This document shows positions 9,493 through 19,641 of a stretch of 64,000 bases of DNA, in pieces. Numbering within the stretch: position 1 is the stretch's first letter; each line of letters begins with the position of its first letter. Source of the stretch: Steroidobacteraceae bacterium (GTDB lineage: Bacteria > Pseudomonadota > Gammaproteobacteria > Steroidobacterales > Steroidobacteraceae); the NCBI GenBank assembly GCA_035765415.1, contig DASTXR010000159.1, forward strand, positions 48 to 64,047, given 5' to 3'. The position numbers and the translations under genes are program-made. The notes beneath the pieces were generated by a model that saw only the letters and a list, made by a program, of their open reading frames with translations, was not told where the DNA came from and did no database searches.

Positions 9493-10230
9493 CTACCGGA
9501 TGGCCGCCTCGGCCACCGGGCGCATCGCCGCGTAACCTTCCGGCGTCGGGTGTACCTGGTCCTTCGCAAACTCCGGCCTCACGTCGCCGTTCGCGTCAGT
9601 GAGCACGGCGGCATAGTCCGCGTACTTCGCGCCAATCTGCTTCGCATACCCGCGCATCCACGCGTTCATGGCCAGCGCCTGCGCCTTGGGTTGCGCCTCC
9701 GGCCGCCACCAGTATTTCGACGCCGGCGGCACCGCACCCAGCACGACGCGCAGCTTGTGAGCCTTCGCGATCTCGCACATCGCCATGAGATTGTTCTGCG
9801 AATCCTGCGCCGACATCGGCCCGGTGTTGTGGGCGATGTCATTGGTGCCGGCCATGATGTGCACTGTCCGAGGCTTCAGCGCGATGACGTCCGCATGCAT
9901 GCGCACCAGCAACTGCGGCGTTGTCTGCGCGCTGATGCCGCGGCCCACGTTGCCCTTCGAGAAGAACTCCGCATCGGTGCGCGCCCAGCCTTCGGTGATC
10001 GAGTCGCCGAGGAAAACCGTGTCCACTTTCGCGCCGCTCGCCATGAGCTTCGCATTGTCGTCACGATAGCGCGCGAGCCATGCCCAGTCCGTCAGCAGCA
10101 ACGGCGGCTGCAGCGCGGGTGCGGTGTTGGGCCGCTCGCCGCATTGCTCATCGGCCAGCGCCACCGCGGGCAGCGCCAGCCCAGCCCCCAAGGACCCTGC
10201 GATCAGCACTCGACGATTGAACCGGCTCAT
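9493..10230 (-). CDS. SGNH/GDSL-family hydrolase (secreted esterase)
   Basis: Trimmed to the ATG at 10230 (MSRFNRR..., ATGA overlap with the upstream stop). Signal peptide. FLGDSITEGW block I. DQVHPT block V. Confidence 0.8.
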   Translation of the reverse strand: MSRFNRRVLIAGSLGAGLALPAVALADEQCGERPNTAPALQPPLLLTDWAWLARYRDDNAKLMASGAKVDTVFLGDSITEGWARTDAEFFSKGNVGRGISAQTTPQLLVRMHADVIALKPRTVHIMAGTNDIAHNTGPMSAQDSQNNLMAMCEIAKAHKLRVVLGAVPPASKYWWRPEAQPKAQALAMNAWMRGYAKQIGAKYADYAAVLTDANGDVRPEFAKDQVHPTPEGYAAMRPVAEAAIR

Positions 10231-11573
10231 GCGCTTGCTCCTGCCTTCTTTTCGATTGCCTTGTCCATCGACTCGAGCTCCACGCCGCGAGTTTCCGGAA
10301 ACACCGCGAGCACCACGAAGAATTGCACGACCATGCACACGGCAAAGAAGCCGAAAGGCAGCCCCTGTGCCTTCGCCGCGATCATCGGGAACACGGTGGC
10401 GATCAGCGCGTTCATGAGCCAGTGCGTGGTGCTGCCGAGCGCCTGCCCGCGAGCACGCACGGCCGTGGGGAAGATCTCGGCGAGATAGACCCAGATCACC
10501 GCCCCCTGCGAGAACGCGAAGAACGCGATGAACGTGACCAGCATCGCCAGCAGATATTCGTTTCCCTGCCCGCTGCCCATGATCAACGCCACACCCGCCT
10601 GCGCCACCGCCGTGCCGACGGCGCCGATCAGCAGCAGCTTCTTGCGCCCGAACCTGTCGATGACGCGCAACGCGATCATCGTGGCGATGAGGTTGGCCGC
10701 GCCGATGGCGATGGCCTGCAGGTCCGACGACATCTTGTCGAAGCCCGCGGCGGCGAAGATGTCGTTGAGGTAGTAGAGAATCGCGTTGATGCCCGAGAGC
10801 TGGTTGAACATCGCCAGCAGTATCGCGAGCAGGATCGGCCGGCTGTAACGCGAAGAGAACAGCACGTGCGCCGCCGCCGCGCGCGCTTCGTTTGCTGCCC
10901 GCGCAAACTCCACGAGCATGCCCGTGGCATCCGCCACGCCCAGCCGCTCGAGACTCGCCTTGGCCTCGGCTTCACGTCCGCGCAGGCTGAGCCAGCGCGG
11001 GCTCTGTGGAATCGTGTACATCAGCAGCAGGAACACGAAGGCCGGCACCGCCGCGACACCCAGCTTCCATCGCCACGCGTCCACGTCGCCGGCGATCCAC
11101 TGCACGACGAAGTTGCTGACGTACGCCAGCAGGATCCCGAACACGATGTTGAACTGGAACAGTCCCGTGAGCGCGCCGCGCCGATTCGCCGGCGCGATTT
11201 CCGAGATGTAGACGGGCGCGAGCACCGACGATGCGCCGATGGCGAGCCCGCCGATGAAACGGAACACGTAGAACGACGGCAGGTTCCAGCACAACGCGCT
11301 GCCCACCGCGGACACCACGTAGAGAAACCCGACCGCCTTCAGTGAATCGCGCGAGCCGAAGGCATCGCCGGGAATTCCCGCGAACATCGCTCCCAGCGTC
11401 GTGCCGAACAGCGCGCTAGCCACTGCGAAGCCAAACCACCAGCTGCCGGGTTCCAGGTGGAACACGTCGCGCAGCGACTGCGTGACGCCCGACATCACCA
11501 CGGTGTCGAATCCAAACAGCAGCCCCGCGAGGCTCGCGGTCACGATCACCGCCAGGTTCTTCGATCCCGTCAT
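10227..11573 (-). CDS. MFS sugar porter (XylE/GalP-like sugar:H+ symporter)
   Basis: LFGFDTVVMSG, PESPRWL-type motif (PQSPRWL) and PETRG motif (FPETRGVELE). Confidence 0.85.
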   Translation of the reverse strand: MTGSKNLAVIVTASLAGLLFGFDTVVMSGVTQSLRDVFHLEPGSWWFGFAVASALFGTTLGAMFAGIPGDAFGSRDSLKAVGFLYVVSAVGSALCWNLPSFYVFRFIGGLAIGASSVLAPVYISEIAPANRRGALTGLFQFNIVFGILLAYVSNFVVQWIAGDVDAWRWKLGVAAVPAFVFLLLMYTIPQSPRWLSLRGREAEAKASLERLGVADATGMLVEFARAANEARAAAAHVLFSSRYSRPILLAILLAMFNQLSGINAILYYLNDIFAAAGFDKMSSDLQAIAIGAANLIATMIALRVIDRFGRKKLLLIGAVGTAVAQAGVALIMGSGQGNEYLLAMLVTFIAFFAFSQGAVIWVYLAEIFPTAVRARGQALGSTTHWLMNALIATVFPMIAAKAQGLPFGFFAVCMVVQFFVVLAVFPETRGVELESMDKAIEKKAGASA

Positions 11574-11664
11574 CGCTCCCCCTTCGCCCCGTATATATAG
11601 AGAGCGACCCTATTAATGAAAGTTGCTTTCGTTATAGTACGGCATCGTCAACGGGGGTGGAATC

Positions 11665-14600
11665 ATGTCGATGCGGTCCGGCGCGGTAGTTCGCGCGCCT
11701 CTAACAATCTTGTTCGCGCTGCTCACCACGACCGCCCTCGCCCAGCTCCCGCCGGGCAACGTCCTGTCCGGCCCCTACAACGTCACCATACTCGAAGGCG
11801 GCGAAGGCCTCACTCGCAAACTCGATGTCGGCGCTTCGTCGCTGGCCGCGAATCAACCCTGGGCCATGAGCGGCTGGGTGAATCCGCAGCGGATACAAGC
11901 GGGTGGCTCGGTGTTGTTCGCCGTGGGCGCATCCCAGGCCGACGGACGCGCGCTGGTCCTTCGCGACGGCAGGCCCGCGCTGTGGGCATCCGGAAAAGAT
12001 CTTTCAGGCAGCACGGCGGTGGCACCTGGCACCTGGACCTTTCTTGCCGCGAGCTTCGACGGCAAGCGCGCGCGACTCTATGTGAATGGCCGCGAAGCGG
12101 CTTCGCAGGAACTGGAAGTCGGCGCCACGGGCGCGCAAGTGCACGTGGCGCCCGTGATCGATCACCTGCGCGATGTGCCCCATTTCGGTGGCAGGCTCGC
12201 GGAGCTGACGCTGCACAACGCGGCACTCACCGCGAAACAAGTGCAGTCGCTGTTCGCTGCCCGCCCGAACTTCGACCTGGTCGTATTCCATGAAGTCGGC
12301 GGCCACTGGCCCTGGCAGGTGAAGCAATGGCGTGGCCTGCAGGAGCCACAGGACCCCTGGACACTGCCAAAGGCAAAGACACCGCACAGCAAGCCCATCG
12401 CGAAGCCGCTGGCGCTCGAACCCGAACTCGTACCCGCCGACGAGGGCACCTGGCTGCTCCGCCGCTGGCGACTGGCCGAAGCGCCCGCCTTGAATGCGAA
12501 ACCCGCGGACATCGCCAGCACAAACTACTCCGACGCCTCGTGGTACCCGGCGACGGTGCCGGGCACCGTGCTCACCACGCTCATCGATCGCGGCGTGTAT
12601 CCGGACTACGACTATGGCCTCAACAACATGGCCATCCCGGAACGCCTCGCGCGCCAGGATTACTGGTACCGCACGGCGTTCGATGCGCCGGCCGCGCTCG
12701 ACGGCAAACGACTCACGTTGACGTTCAAGGGCATCAACTACGCCGCCGAGGTGTGGATCAACGGCAGCCGTATCGGCAACATCCGCGGCGCGTTCATTCG
12801 CGGCGTGTTCGACGTCTCCGGTCGCGTCGCGCCGGGCAAGCGGAACGCGATCGCCGTTCGCGTATCGCCTCCTCCGCATCCCGGCATTCCGCACGAGGAA
12901 TCCATCGCGGCCGGCCCCGGGGAAAACGGCGGCTGGGTGGCGCTCGACGGACCCACGTTCGCGGCAGCGGAAGGTTGGGACTGGATTCCCGGCATCCGCG
13001 ATCGCAATACCGGCATCTGGCAGGACGTGGAGCTCACGGCTTCCGGCCGTGTGCGGCTATTGGACCCCCAGGTGATCACGCAACTGCCTCTGCCGAAGAC
13101 GGACAGCGCCGAGGTTTCCATCCTGGTGCCGGTAGATAGTTCGCACCGCGAGCCCGTGGAGGTGACTGTCGATGCCAGCTTCGAAGGCGTGAAGCTGACG
13201 AAGACCACCTTGGCGCCGCCCGGCAAATCGGAAGTACGCTTTACGTCGGCGGAATTCCCCGCGCTCGACGTGAAGAATCCGCGCCTGTGGTGGCCGAACG
13301 GTTACGGCCCGGCGGATCTGTATCACCTGGCGCTTGCCGTCGCGGAGCGTGGCCAGCGCTCCGATTCGAAGTCACTGCGTTTCGGCATTCGCCACGTCAC
13401 CTACGAATTCTCGCTGTTCGATTCCGCCGGACGGCTGCGACGCGTCGAGGTGGACGTCGCCGGCGGCAGCGCTCGCGGCGAGCGGCTCATCGACATCCGC
13501 CACGAGGCCATCAAGAAAAGCCCGAACGGCTGGGCGGCGTCGCTGACGAAAGCCGGCGAGACTTCCCCCGCGGTGCGCGAGCTCGACGATCCCCTGCAGT
13601 ACCCGCATCTCACATTGCGCGTGAATGGCGTGCGCATCCTGGCGCGCGGCGGCAACTGGGGCATGGACGATTCGCGCAAGCGCATCCAGCGTCAGCGCCT
13701 CGAGCCGTATTTCCGGCTGCAGAAGGACGCAAACCTCAACATCATCCGCAACTGGATGGGCACCAACACGCAGGACTCGTTCTACGACCTCTGCGACGAA
13801 TACGGGATGATGGTGCTCAACGATTTCTGGGCCTCGACCCAGGACTTCCAGGTCGAGCCGCAGGATCCGCAGCTGTTCCTGCAGAACGCCGAAGACACCG
13901 TGCAGCGTTACCGCAATCACCCGTCGATCGTGCTCTGGTTCGGCCGCAATGAAGGCGTGCCGCAGCCCATCCTCAACGAGGGCCTGGGCGACGTGGTGGC
14001 GAAGTACGACGGCACACGCCACTTCACCGGTTCCTCCAACAATGTGAACCTGCAGGGAAGCGGGCCGTATAACTACCGTCCGCCCGAAGGTTACTTCACG
14101 AATCTCGCCAGCGGATTTTCGGTGGAGACCGGCACTCCTTCGCTCGCGACTCTCGAGGCGATCGAGGCGATGGTGCCAAAGGACGATCGCTGGCCGCTGT
14201 CCGACACCATCGCCTATCACGACTGGCATTTCGGCGGTAACGGCGACATCAAGACGTTCATGGAGACCCTGGCCGCGCGTTACGGCGAAGGCACCAGCCT
14301 CGAAGACTTCGAGCGCAAGGCGCAGATGATGAACTACGACACCTATCGCGCCATGTTCGAAGGCCTGCAGGCGCACCTGTGGACGAAGAACAGCGGCCGC
14401 CTGCTGTGGATGTCGCACCCGGCCTGGCCGTCTAACCACTGGCAGATCTACTCGCACGACTACGACACGCATGCGGCGTATTACGGCGTGAAGAAGGCCG
14501 TCGAACCGGTGCACGTGCAGATGAACCTGCCCGATTACAGCGTGACCTTGGTCAACAGCACGCGCGAGCCGCGCGACGGCCTCAAGCTCGAATTGCGCGT

Positions 14601-15150
14601 GTTCACGCTCGATGGCGTTCAGCTCTTCGATCGCCTGCCGCCGGTGAACGCCAGGGCCAACGACATCACGCCGCTCGGCGATCTGGGCATCGCGGAACGC
14701 GTCGCGAAACACGGCATGGTGCTGGTCGCGTTGCGGCTGCGCGACCGTGCCGGCAATCTCGTCTCCGACAATACCTACTGGCCAGGCAAGGACGATGCGA
14801 GCCATCGATTGCTCAACGCGCTGCCGCAGCAGGATCTCCAGATCCGCGCGCAGGCCACCACTGCCGGCACGGAACGCGTGGTTGTCGTCGACCTGGTGAA
14901 TCCGGGCAAAGCGCCAGCGCTCGCCACCAAGCTCACGCTGGTGACACCCGCAGGCGAGCGCATCCTGCCCGCGCTGTACAGCGACAACTATGTCGCCGTG
15001 CTGCCGGGTGAGCCGCGAACCATCGTCATCCGGTATCCGGCGAAGATCGGTGGCCCGGCAGTGGTCCGCGTGCGCGGCTGGAACGTCAAGGCGGCGTCTG
15101 CGCGCGTCGCGGAGGCTGCGTCGTCGGCGCAGTCCTATCTACAGCCGTGA
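11665..15150 (+). CDS. Glycoside hydrolase family 2 (beta-mannosidase / exo-beta-glucosaminidase-like) with N-terminal LamG/concanavalin-like domain
   Basis: Signal peptide. LamG-like segment (TWTFLAASFDGKRARLYVNG). GH2 sugar-binding and catalytic regions (INYAAEVWINGS, WFGRNEG acid/base NE). Confidence 0.8.
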   Translation: MSMRSGAVVRAPLTILFALLTTTALAQLPPGNVLSGPYNVTILEGGEGLTRKLDVGASSLAANQPWAMSGWVNPQRIQAGGSVLFAVGASQADGRALVLRDGRPALWASGKDLSGSTAVAPGTWTFLAASFDGKRARLYVNGREAASQELEVGATGAQVHVAPVIDHLRDVPHFGGRLAELTLHNAALTAKQVQSLFAARPNFDLVVFHEVGGHWPWQVKQWRGLQEPQDPWTLPKAKTPHSKPIAKPLALEPELVPADEGTWLLRRWRLAEAPALNAKPADIASTNYSDASWYPATVPGTVLTTLIDRGVYPDYDYGLNNMAIPERLARQDYWYRTAFDAPAALDGKRLTLTFKGINYAAEVWINGSRIGNIRGAFIRGVFDVSGRVAPGKRNAIAVRVSPPPHPGIPHEESIAAGPGENGGWVALDGPTFAAAEGWDWIPGIRDRNTGIWQDVELTASGRVRLLDPQVITQLPLPKTDSAEVSILVPVDSSHREPVEVTVDASFEGVKLTKTTLAPPGKSEVRFTSAEFPALDVKNPRLWWPNGYGPADLYHLALAVAERGQRSDSKSLRFGIRHVTYEFSLFDSAGRLRRVEVDVAGGSARGERLIDIRHEAIKKSPNGWAASLTKAGETSPAVRELDDPLQYPHLTLRVNGVRILARGGNWGMDDSRKRIQRQRLEPYFRLQKDANLNIIRNWMGTNTQDSFYDLCDEYGMMVLNDFWASTQDFQVEPQDPQLFLQNAEDTVQRYRNHPSIVLWFGRNEGVPQPILNEGLGDVVAKYDGTRHFTGSSNNVNLQGSGPYNYRPPEGYFTNLASGFSVETGTPSLATLEAIEAMVPKDDRWPLSDTIAYHDWHFGGNGDIKTFMETLAARYGEGTSLEDFERKAQMMNYDTYRAMFEGLQAHLWTKNSGRLLWMSHPAWPSNHWQIYSHDYDTHAAYYGVKKAVEPVHVQMNLPDYSVTLVNSTREPRDGLKLELRVFTLDGVQLFDRLPPVNARANDITPLGDLGIAERVAKHGMVLVALRLRDRAGNLVSDNTYWPGKDDASHRLLNALPQQDLQIRAQATTAGTERVVVVDLVNPGKAPALATKLTLVTPAGERILPALYSDNYVAVLPGEPRTIVIRYPAKIGGPAVVRVRGWNVKAASARVAEAASSAQSYLQP

Positions 15151-15273
15151 AACAATGGGGACATTCCTGATTTGCAAGCAAAACGGGACGCGCCTGCCCC
15201 GAACGAGAGTCCTGGGTGGTGCTGCGGCCCCTTTTGCTAGGAAATGGGGAGTGTCCCCATTTATCCTGCGGGC

Positions 15274-16527
15274 ATGCCCGCACCGGAAATCGCGCGCGTC
15301 CGCGCCGAAATAGACAAGATCTATCGCAAGGACTCGCGCCGCATCTTTGCGACACTGATCCGCCTGCTCGGTGATTTCGAACGCGCCGAGGAAGCTCTGC
15401 ACGAAGCCTTCCGCACGGCCATGGAAAAATGGCCCGCCGAAGGCCTGCCGCAAAACCCGGTGTCGTGGCTCATTTCCGCGGGGCGCTTCAAGTCGATCGA
15501 CAAGCATCGCCGCGACCAGCGCTTCGAGCATCTCGAAGATCGTCCCGATGTGAGCGAGACGCTGACCGACCAGACGCCGGCATTCGACGAACGCGAAGAG
15601 CTGGAGGACGACCGCCTGCGCCTGGTGTTCACCTGCTGCCACCCGGCGCTCGCGCCCGACGCGCAGGTGGCGCTCACGCTGCGCGAAGTCTGCGGCCTCG
15701 CCACCGAAGAAATCGCCGCGGCCTATCTCACGCCGGCGGCCACCATCGCGCAGCGCATCGTGCGCGCCAAGGCGAAGATCCGCGACGCGAACATTCCATA
15801 CCAGGTCCCATCTCGCGACGAACTGCCCGCGCGTCTCGAAAGTGTGCTGCGCGTGGTCTACCTCGTTTTCAACGAAGGTTATTCGGCCAGCAGCGGCGAG
15901 TCGGCGACGCGCGCGGACCTGTCCGGTGAGGCGATCCGCCTCGCGCGCCTCATCGTCGAGCTCGCGCCCGAACCCGAGTCACAAGGGTTGTTAGCGTTGA
16001 TGCTGCTGCACGAGTCGCGCCGCGAGACGCGCGCGACCCCGGACGGCGAGCTGGTCCTGCTCGACGAACAGGATCGCTCGCGCTGGGACCGCAGCCTCAT
16101 CGACGAAGGCGCCGCGCTGGTTCGCACGGCGCTCGCCACGCGGCTCGTCGGACCGTACGCGGTGCAGGCCGCCATCGCCGCAGTGCACGCCGAAGCCGCG
16201 ACCCCGGCCGAAACCGACTGGCGCGAGATCGTCGGCCTCTACGACCTGCTGATGACCATCACGCCCTCGCCCATCGTCGCCCTCAATCGCACCGTGGCCA
16301 TCGCCATGCGCGACGGCCCCGAAGCCGGCCTCGTACAACTCGACCGGCTGCTGGCCGAAGGCGCGCTCGAGGGCTACCAGCTTGCGCACGCGGCCCGTGC
16401 CGACTTCTGCCGCCGCCTGGGGCGGAACCAGGAAGCGCGCGACGCCTACCAGCGCGCCATCAAGCTCACGGCGCAGGGGCCGGCACGCCGCTTCCTCGAA
16501 CGGCGGCTCGCGGCGTTGCCGGGCTGA
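15274..16527 (+). CDS. ECF sigma factor with long C-terminal extension (ECF42-like)
   Basis: Sigma-2 region (RIFATLIRLLGDFERAEEALHEAF), sigma-4 (ALTLREVCGLATEEIAAAYL) and a ~200-aa C-terminal TPR-like tail. Start chosen at the second ATG; 15244 is also possible. Confidence 0.8.
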   Translation: MPAPEIARVRAEIDKIYRKDSRRIFATLIRLLGDFERAEEALHEAFRTAMEKWPAEGLPQNPVSWLISAGRFKSIDKHRRDQRFEHLEDRPDVSETLTDQTPAFDEREELEDDRLRLVFTCCHPALAPDAQVALTLREVCGLATEEIAAAYLTPAATIAQRIVRAKAKIRDANIPYQVPSRDELPARLESVLRVVYLVFNEGYSASSGESATRADLSGEAIRLARLIVELAPEPESQGLLALMLLHESRRETRATPDGELVLLDEQDRSRWDRSLIDEGAALVRTALATRLVGPYAVQAAIAAVHAEAATPAETDWREIVGLYDLLMTITPSPIVALNRTVAIAMRDGPEAGLVQLDRLLAEGALEGYQLAHAARADFCRRLGRNQEARDAYQRAIKLTAQGPARRFLERRLAALPG

Positions 16528-16636
16528 CGCCCGAGTGCGCAATTTCAAAGGCTTACGCACCGGCAAATATATCTGCGGCGCGATGTCGAAAACCCCTTCG
16601 CCCGTTCGACCAACTCTCAACCGAAGGAGATTCCGC

Positions 16637-17002
16637 GTGAAGTACCTCTGCCTGGTCTACCTCTCACCCGAACATTGGACTTCCGCGCCCGACGAAGCCT
16701 GCATGGCCTGCGGCAACGAACTGCGCGCCAGCGGTCATTTCATCACCGGCACGCCACTGCACCCCACGCACACCGCCACCACCGTGCGCGTGCGCAACGG
16801 ACAGATCGCGATCACCGACGGCCCCTTCGCCGAAACCAAGGAACAGCTCGCGGGCTTCTATCTCATCGAAGCGCGCGATCTCAACGAAGCCATCCACATT
16901 GCTTCGAAGATACCGCCCGCTCAATTCGGCAGCATCGAAATCCGCCCCACGCGCGAGCTGGTCGTCAGCACTCAACACGCCGCGGCGGCCGCCGCGCCCT
17001 GA
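16637..17002 (+). CDS. YCII-related (DGPF) domain protein
   Basis: GTG start with AAGGAG 8 nt upstream. Contains DGPFAETKEQLAGFYLIEA. Confidence 0.8.
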   Translation: MKYLCLVYLSPEHWTSAPDEACMACGNELRASGHFITGTPLHPTHTATTVRVRNGQIAITDGPFAETKEQLAGFYLIEARDLNEAIHIASKIPPAQFGSIEIRPTRELVVSTQHAAAAAAP

Positions 17003-17028
17003 ACCCGTAACCCAGAGGAATTCGCGTC

Positions 17029-17433
17029 ATGCACTCGCAGATCTTCGTCAATCTCCCGGTCAAGGACCTGAACCGCTCCGTGGATTTCTTCACGAAGCTC
17101 GGCTACACGTTCAACCCCACGTTCACCGACGACAACGCGACCTGCATGATCCTCGGCGACAACCTGTTCGTGATGCTGCTGGTCGAGAAATTCTTCGGCA
17201 CTTTCACGAGCAAGACCATCACCGATACGAGCAGGTCCACCGAAGTGCTCAACTGCGTGGCCTGCGGCAGCCGCGAACAGGTCGATTCGCTGGTCAGCAA
17301 GGCGCGCGCCGCCGGTGCAAAAGTGCCGCGAGAGCCGCAGGACCACGGCTTCATGTACGCGCACGGTTACGAAGATCTCGACGGCCATACCTGGGAGCTC
17401 ATCCACATGGTCGGCGAGCCGCCGAAGCAGTAG
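17029..17433 (+). CDS. VOC (glyoxalase/bleomycin-resistance) family protein
   Basis: 134 aa, FVNLPVKDLNRSVDFFTKLGY ... DLDGHTWEL pattern. Confidence 0.8.
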   Translation: MHSQIFVNLPVKDLNRSVDFFTKLGYTFNPTFTDDNATCMILGDNLFVMLLVEKFFGTFTSKTITDTSRSTEVLNCVACGSREQVDSLVSKARAAGAKVPREPQDHGFMYAHGYEDLDGHTWELIHMVGEPPKQ

Positions 17434-17447
17434 CGCCGCGCCCGATC

Positions 17448-18227
17448 ATGCCCGAGGTAGTCTCGCGCGACGGCACGCGCATTGCGTACGACAAGACTGG
17501 CAGCGGCCCGTCGGTGATCCTCATCGACGGCGCGTTCTGCAGTCGCGAATTCGGGCCCATGAAAAAGCTGGCTGCCGTGCTCGAGAAGCAATTCACGGTG
17601 GTGAGTTACGACCGTCGTGCGCGCGGCGCCAGCGGCGACACCGCGCCCTATGCCGTGCAGCGGGAGATCGAAGACATCGACGCGCTCATGGGCGCCGCCG
17701 GTGGTCGCGTCACCCTGTATGGCGTCTCTTCGGGCGCGGTACTCGCGCTGCTGGCCGCCGCGTCGCTGCCCGTCGCCAAACTCGCTCTCTACGAACCGCC
17801 ATTCATGGTGGGACCACACGCGCGCACGCTGCCTCCCGAGCGCACGGCGGTGCTCACGCGCATGATTGCCGAAGACCGCCGTAGTGACGCCGTGAAGTAC
17901 TACATGGGCGACATCATCGGCATCCCGCGCTTCATGCCTTTCGTGTTTCAGTTCCTGCCGATGTGGAGAAAGCTCAAGGCCGTGGCCCCTTCGCTGCCCT
18001 ACGACTCCGCGGTCATGGGTGATTTCGCCATCCCGGCCGAAGCCGGGGCCATCCAGGTGCCCACGCTGGTCATGGCCGGCACCAGGACCTGGCCGGTTCT
18101 GCTGGATGCAGCGAGGGCGCTGGCGGCGGCGATCCCGCATGCGCGCCACGAGACGCTCGCCGGTCAGACTCATAATGTGGCGGCACAGGCCGTCGCGCCC
18201 GTGCTCGAGGCCTTTATCAAGGCCTAA
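17448..18227 (+). CDS. Alpha/beta hydrolase
   Basis: Track ORF 16899..18227 trimmed to the ATG at 17448. Nucleophile elbow GVSSG and a C-terminal His (GQTHNV). Confidence 0.75.
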   Translation: MPEVVSRDGTRIAYDKTGSGPSVILIDGAFCSREFGPMKKLAAVLEKQFTVVSYDRRARGASGDTAPYAVQREIEDIDALMGAAGGRVTLYGVSSGAVLALLAAASLPVAKLALYEPPFMVGPHARTLPPERTAVLTRMIAEDRRSDAVKYYMGDIIGIPRFMPFVFQFLPMWRKLKAVAPSLPYDSAVMGDFAIPAEAGAIQVPTLVMAGTRTWPVLLDAARALAAAIPHARHETLAGQTHNVAAQAVAPVLEAFIKA

Positions 18228-18305
18228 CCTGTTGATTCTGAAGCCGGTCAAGTGCGTGCATTCCCGGCCGTTAACCGGGACGGGTCAATCCACTAGCAAG
18301 ATGTC

Positions 18306-19193
18306 ATGCACAGAACAGCCGCTGCGACCGTTACGAACGATTTAGACCGGGTTTTACAGGCCGCCATGGCCGACGAGTCGCTGGAGCTGCCGCCTCCGCC
18401 GCAGGTCGCCGTCGAAGTCACGCGCCTGACGCGCGCGAACATGAACGACGACGGGCGGGCCGATGCGAACGCCGCGGCACTCTGCGCGCTGATACAGCGC
18501 GACGTCGCGCTCGCCGGGCAGGTCATGCGCGTGGCGAATTCCGCGTTGTATGTGCGGCGTTCTCCCGTGGTGACGTTGCAGCAGGCCATCGCGTTGCTCG
18601 GCATGCGCGAGATCCGCACGATTGCCTTCGCCGTCGCGGTGCAGGGCCAGGTTTTTGCGTCCACCTACTTTCGCCGGGAGATGGCCGACCTGTGGCGCGA
18701 GTCGGTGATCACCGCATTGTTTGCCCAGGAAGTCGCCCGTCTCAAACGCCGCGATGGCGAATCCGCATATCTGTGCGGACTGCTGCATCGCGTGGGGCTG
18801 GCCGTGGTGCTCGGCCGCGTCGGCGCCGCGGCCCTGACGCACCGCCTGTCGCCGGAAGCGGGCATGGTGATGCAATTCGCGCAGGAACACGAAACGCGCG
18901 TCGGCACCCAGCTCGCCGTGAGCTGGAACCTGCCGCCCGCCGTGAGCGCGTCGATTGCGCACTGGCGCAACCCGCTGGGCGCGACCGAATGGCGCACCGA
19001 AGTCATGGAAGTGGCGCTCGCGCGGCAGATCTCCGACGAGCTGCGCACGCCCGGCATCGGCGGCGAGCTTCCGGATTCCATGCTGGGCCCGGTATCGAAG
19101 TGGATGGACGACCTCTCTATCTACCCGGACGAGCTCTTTTCCATCATGGCGCAGCGCGCGGCGATCCACGCCACCGCCGAAAGTTACTCGTAA
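18306..19193 (+). CDS. HDOD domain signalling protein
   Basis: LIQRDVALAGQVMRVANSALY ... TLQQAIALLGMREIR ... GLLHRVG pattern. Confidence 0.75.
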   Translation: MHRTAAATVTNDLDRVLQAAMADESLELPPPPQVAVEVTRLTRANMNDDGRADANAAALCALIQRDVALAGQVMRVANSALYVRRSPVVTLQQAIALLGMREIRTIAFAVAVQGQVFASTYFRREMADLWRESVITALFAQEVARLKRRDGESAYLCGLLHRVGLAVVLGRVGAAALTHRLSPEAGMVMQFAQEHETRVGTQLAVSWNLPPAVSASIAHWRNPLGATEWRTEVMEVALARQISDELRTPGIGGELPDSMLGPVSKWMDDLSIYPDELFSIMAQRAAIHATAESYS

Positions 19194-19609
19194 CGCGGCT
19201 TCGAACCACGCTCGACGATGGCGCCGCACAGCAGCGTCGCCACGATGGCTGGCACGATCACTATCTGCCACGACTCGACTGCGAGCAGACCGCGGTGAAG
19301 TCCATCGCGCAACGCGATGGCGCCGCCACACAACACGGCCGCGACGACCGCGGACAAGGCCAAGGCGGCCAGCGCGCCGACCGCCGTCTTCGACCGCAAC
19401 GCCCAGTAGACGATTCCGATCAGGATGGCGGGTATGAGCCCCACGAACCACGCCATCGGAATGCCGAAAGGCGCAGCCAGGACGACTGCGAACGGAACCT
19501 TCAGGATGTCGAGCACGCCGTCGGATTCCGCTATCACCATCAGCGAGATGACTGTCGCGTAGCCGAAAAACGGACCCAGCGCGGCGAAAATCCACAGGCA
19601 CCGCTTCAT
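19184..19609 (-). CDS. Small integral membrane protein (4 predicted TM helices), unknown function
   Basis: Trimmed to MKRCLWIFAAL... Hydrophobic throughout. Its 3' end overlaps the convergent HDOD gene by 10 nt. Confidence 0.55.
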   Translation of the reverse strand: MKRCLWIFAALGPFFGYATVISLMVIAESDGVLDILKVPFAVVLAAPFGIPMAWFVGLIPAILIGIVYWALRSKTAVGALAALALSAVVAAVLCGGAIALRDGLHRGLLAVESWQIVIVPAIVATLLCGAIVERGSKPRYE

Positions 19610-19641
19610 GGTCACCGCGCTGCCACTTGTTTCCGGTGGAT

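Noticed and set aside
13372-14805. 477-aa minus-strand ORF inside the GH2 gene
   Set aside because: It is an antisense shadow with no motifs, while the GH2 frame is unambiguous.
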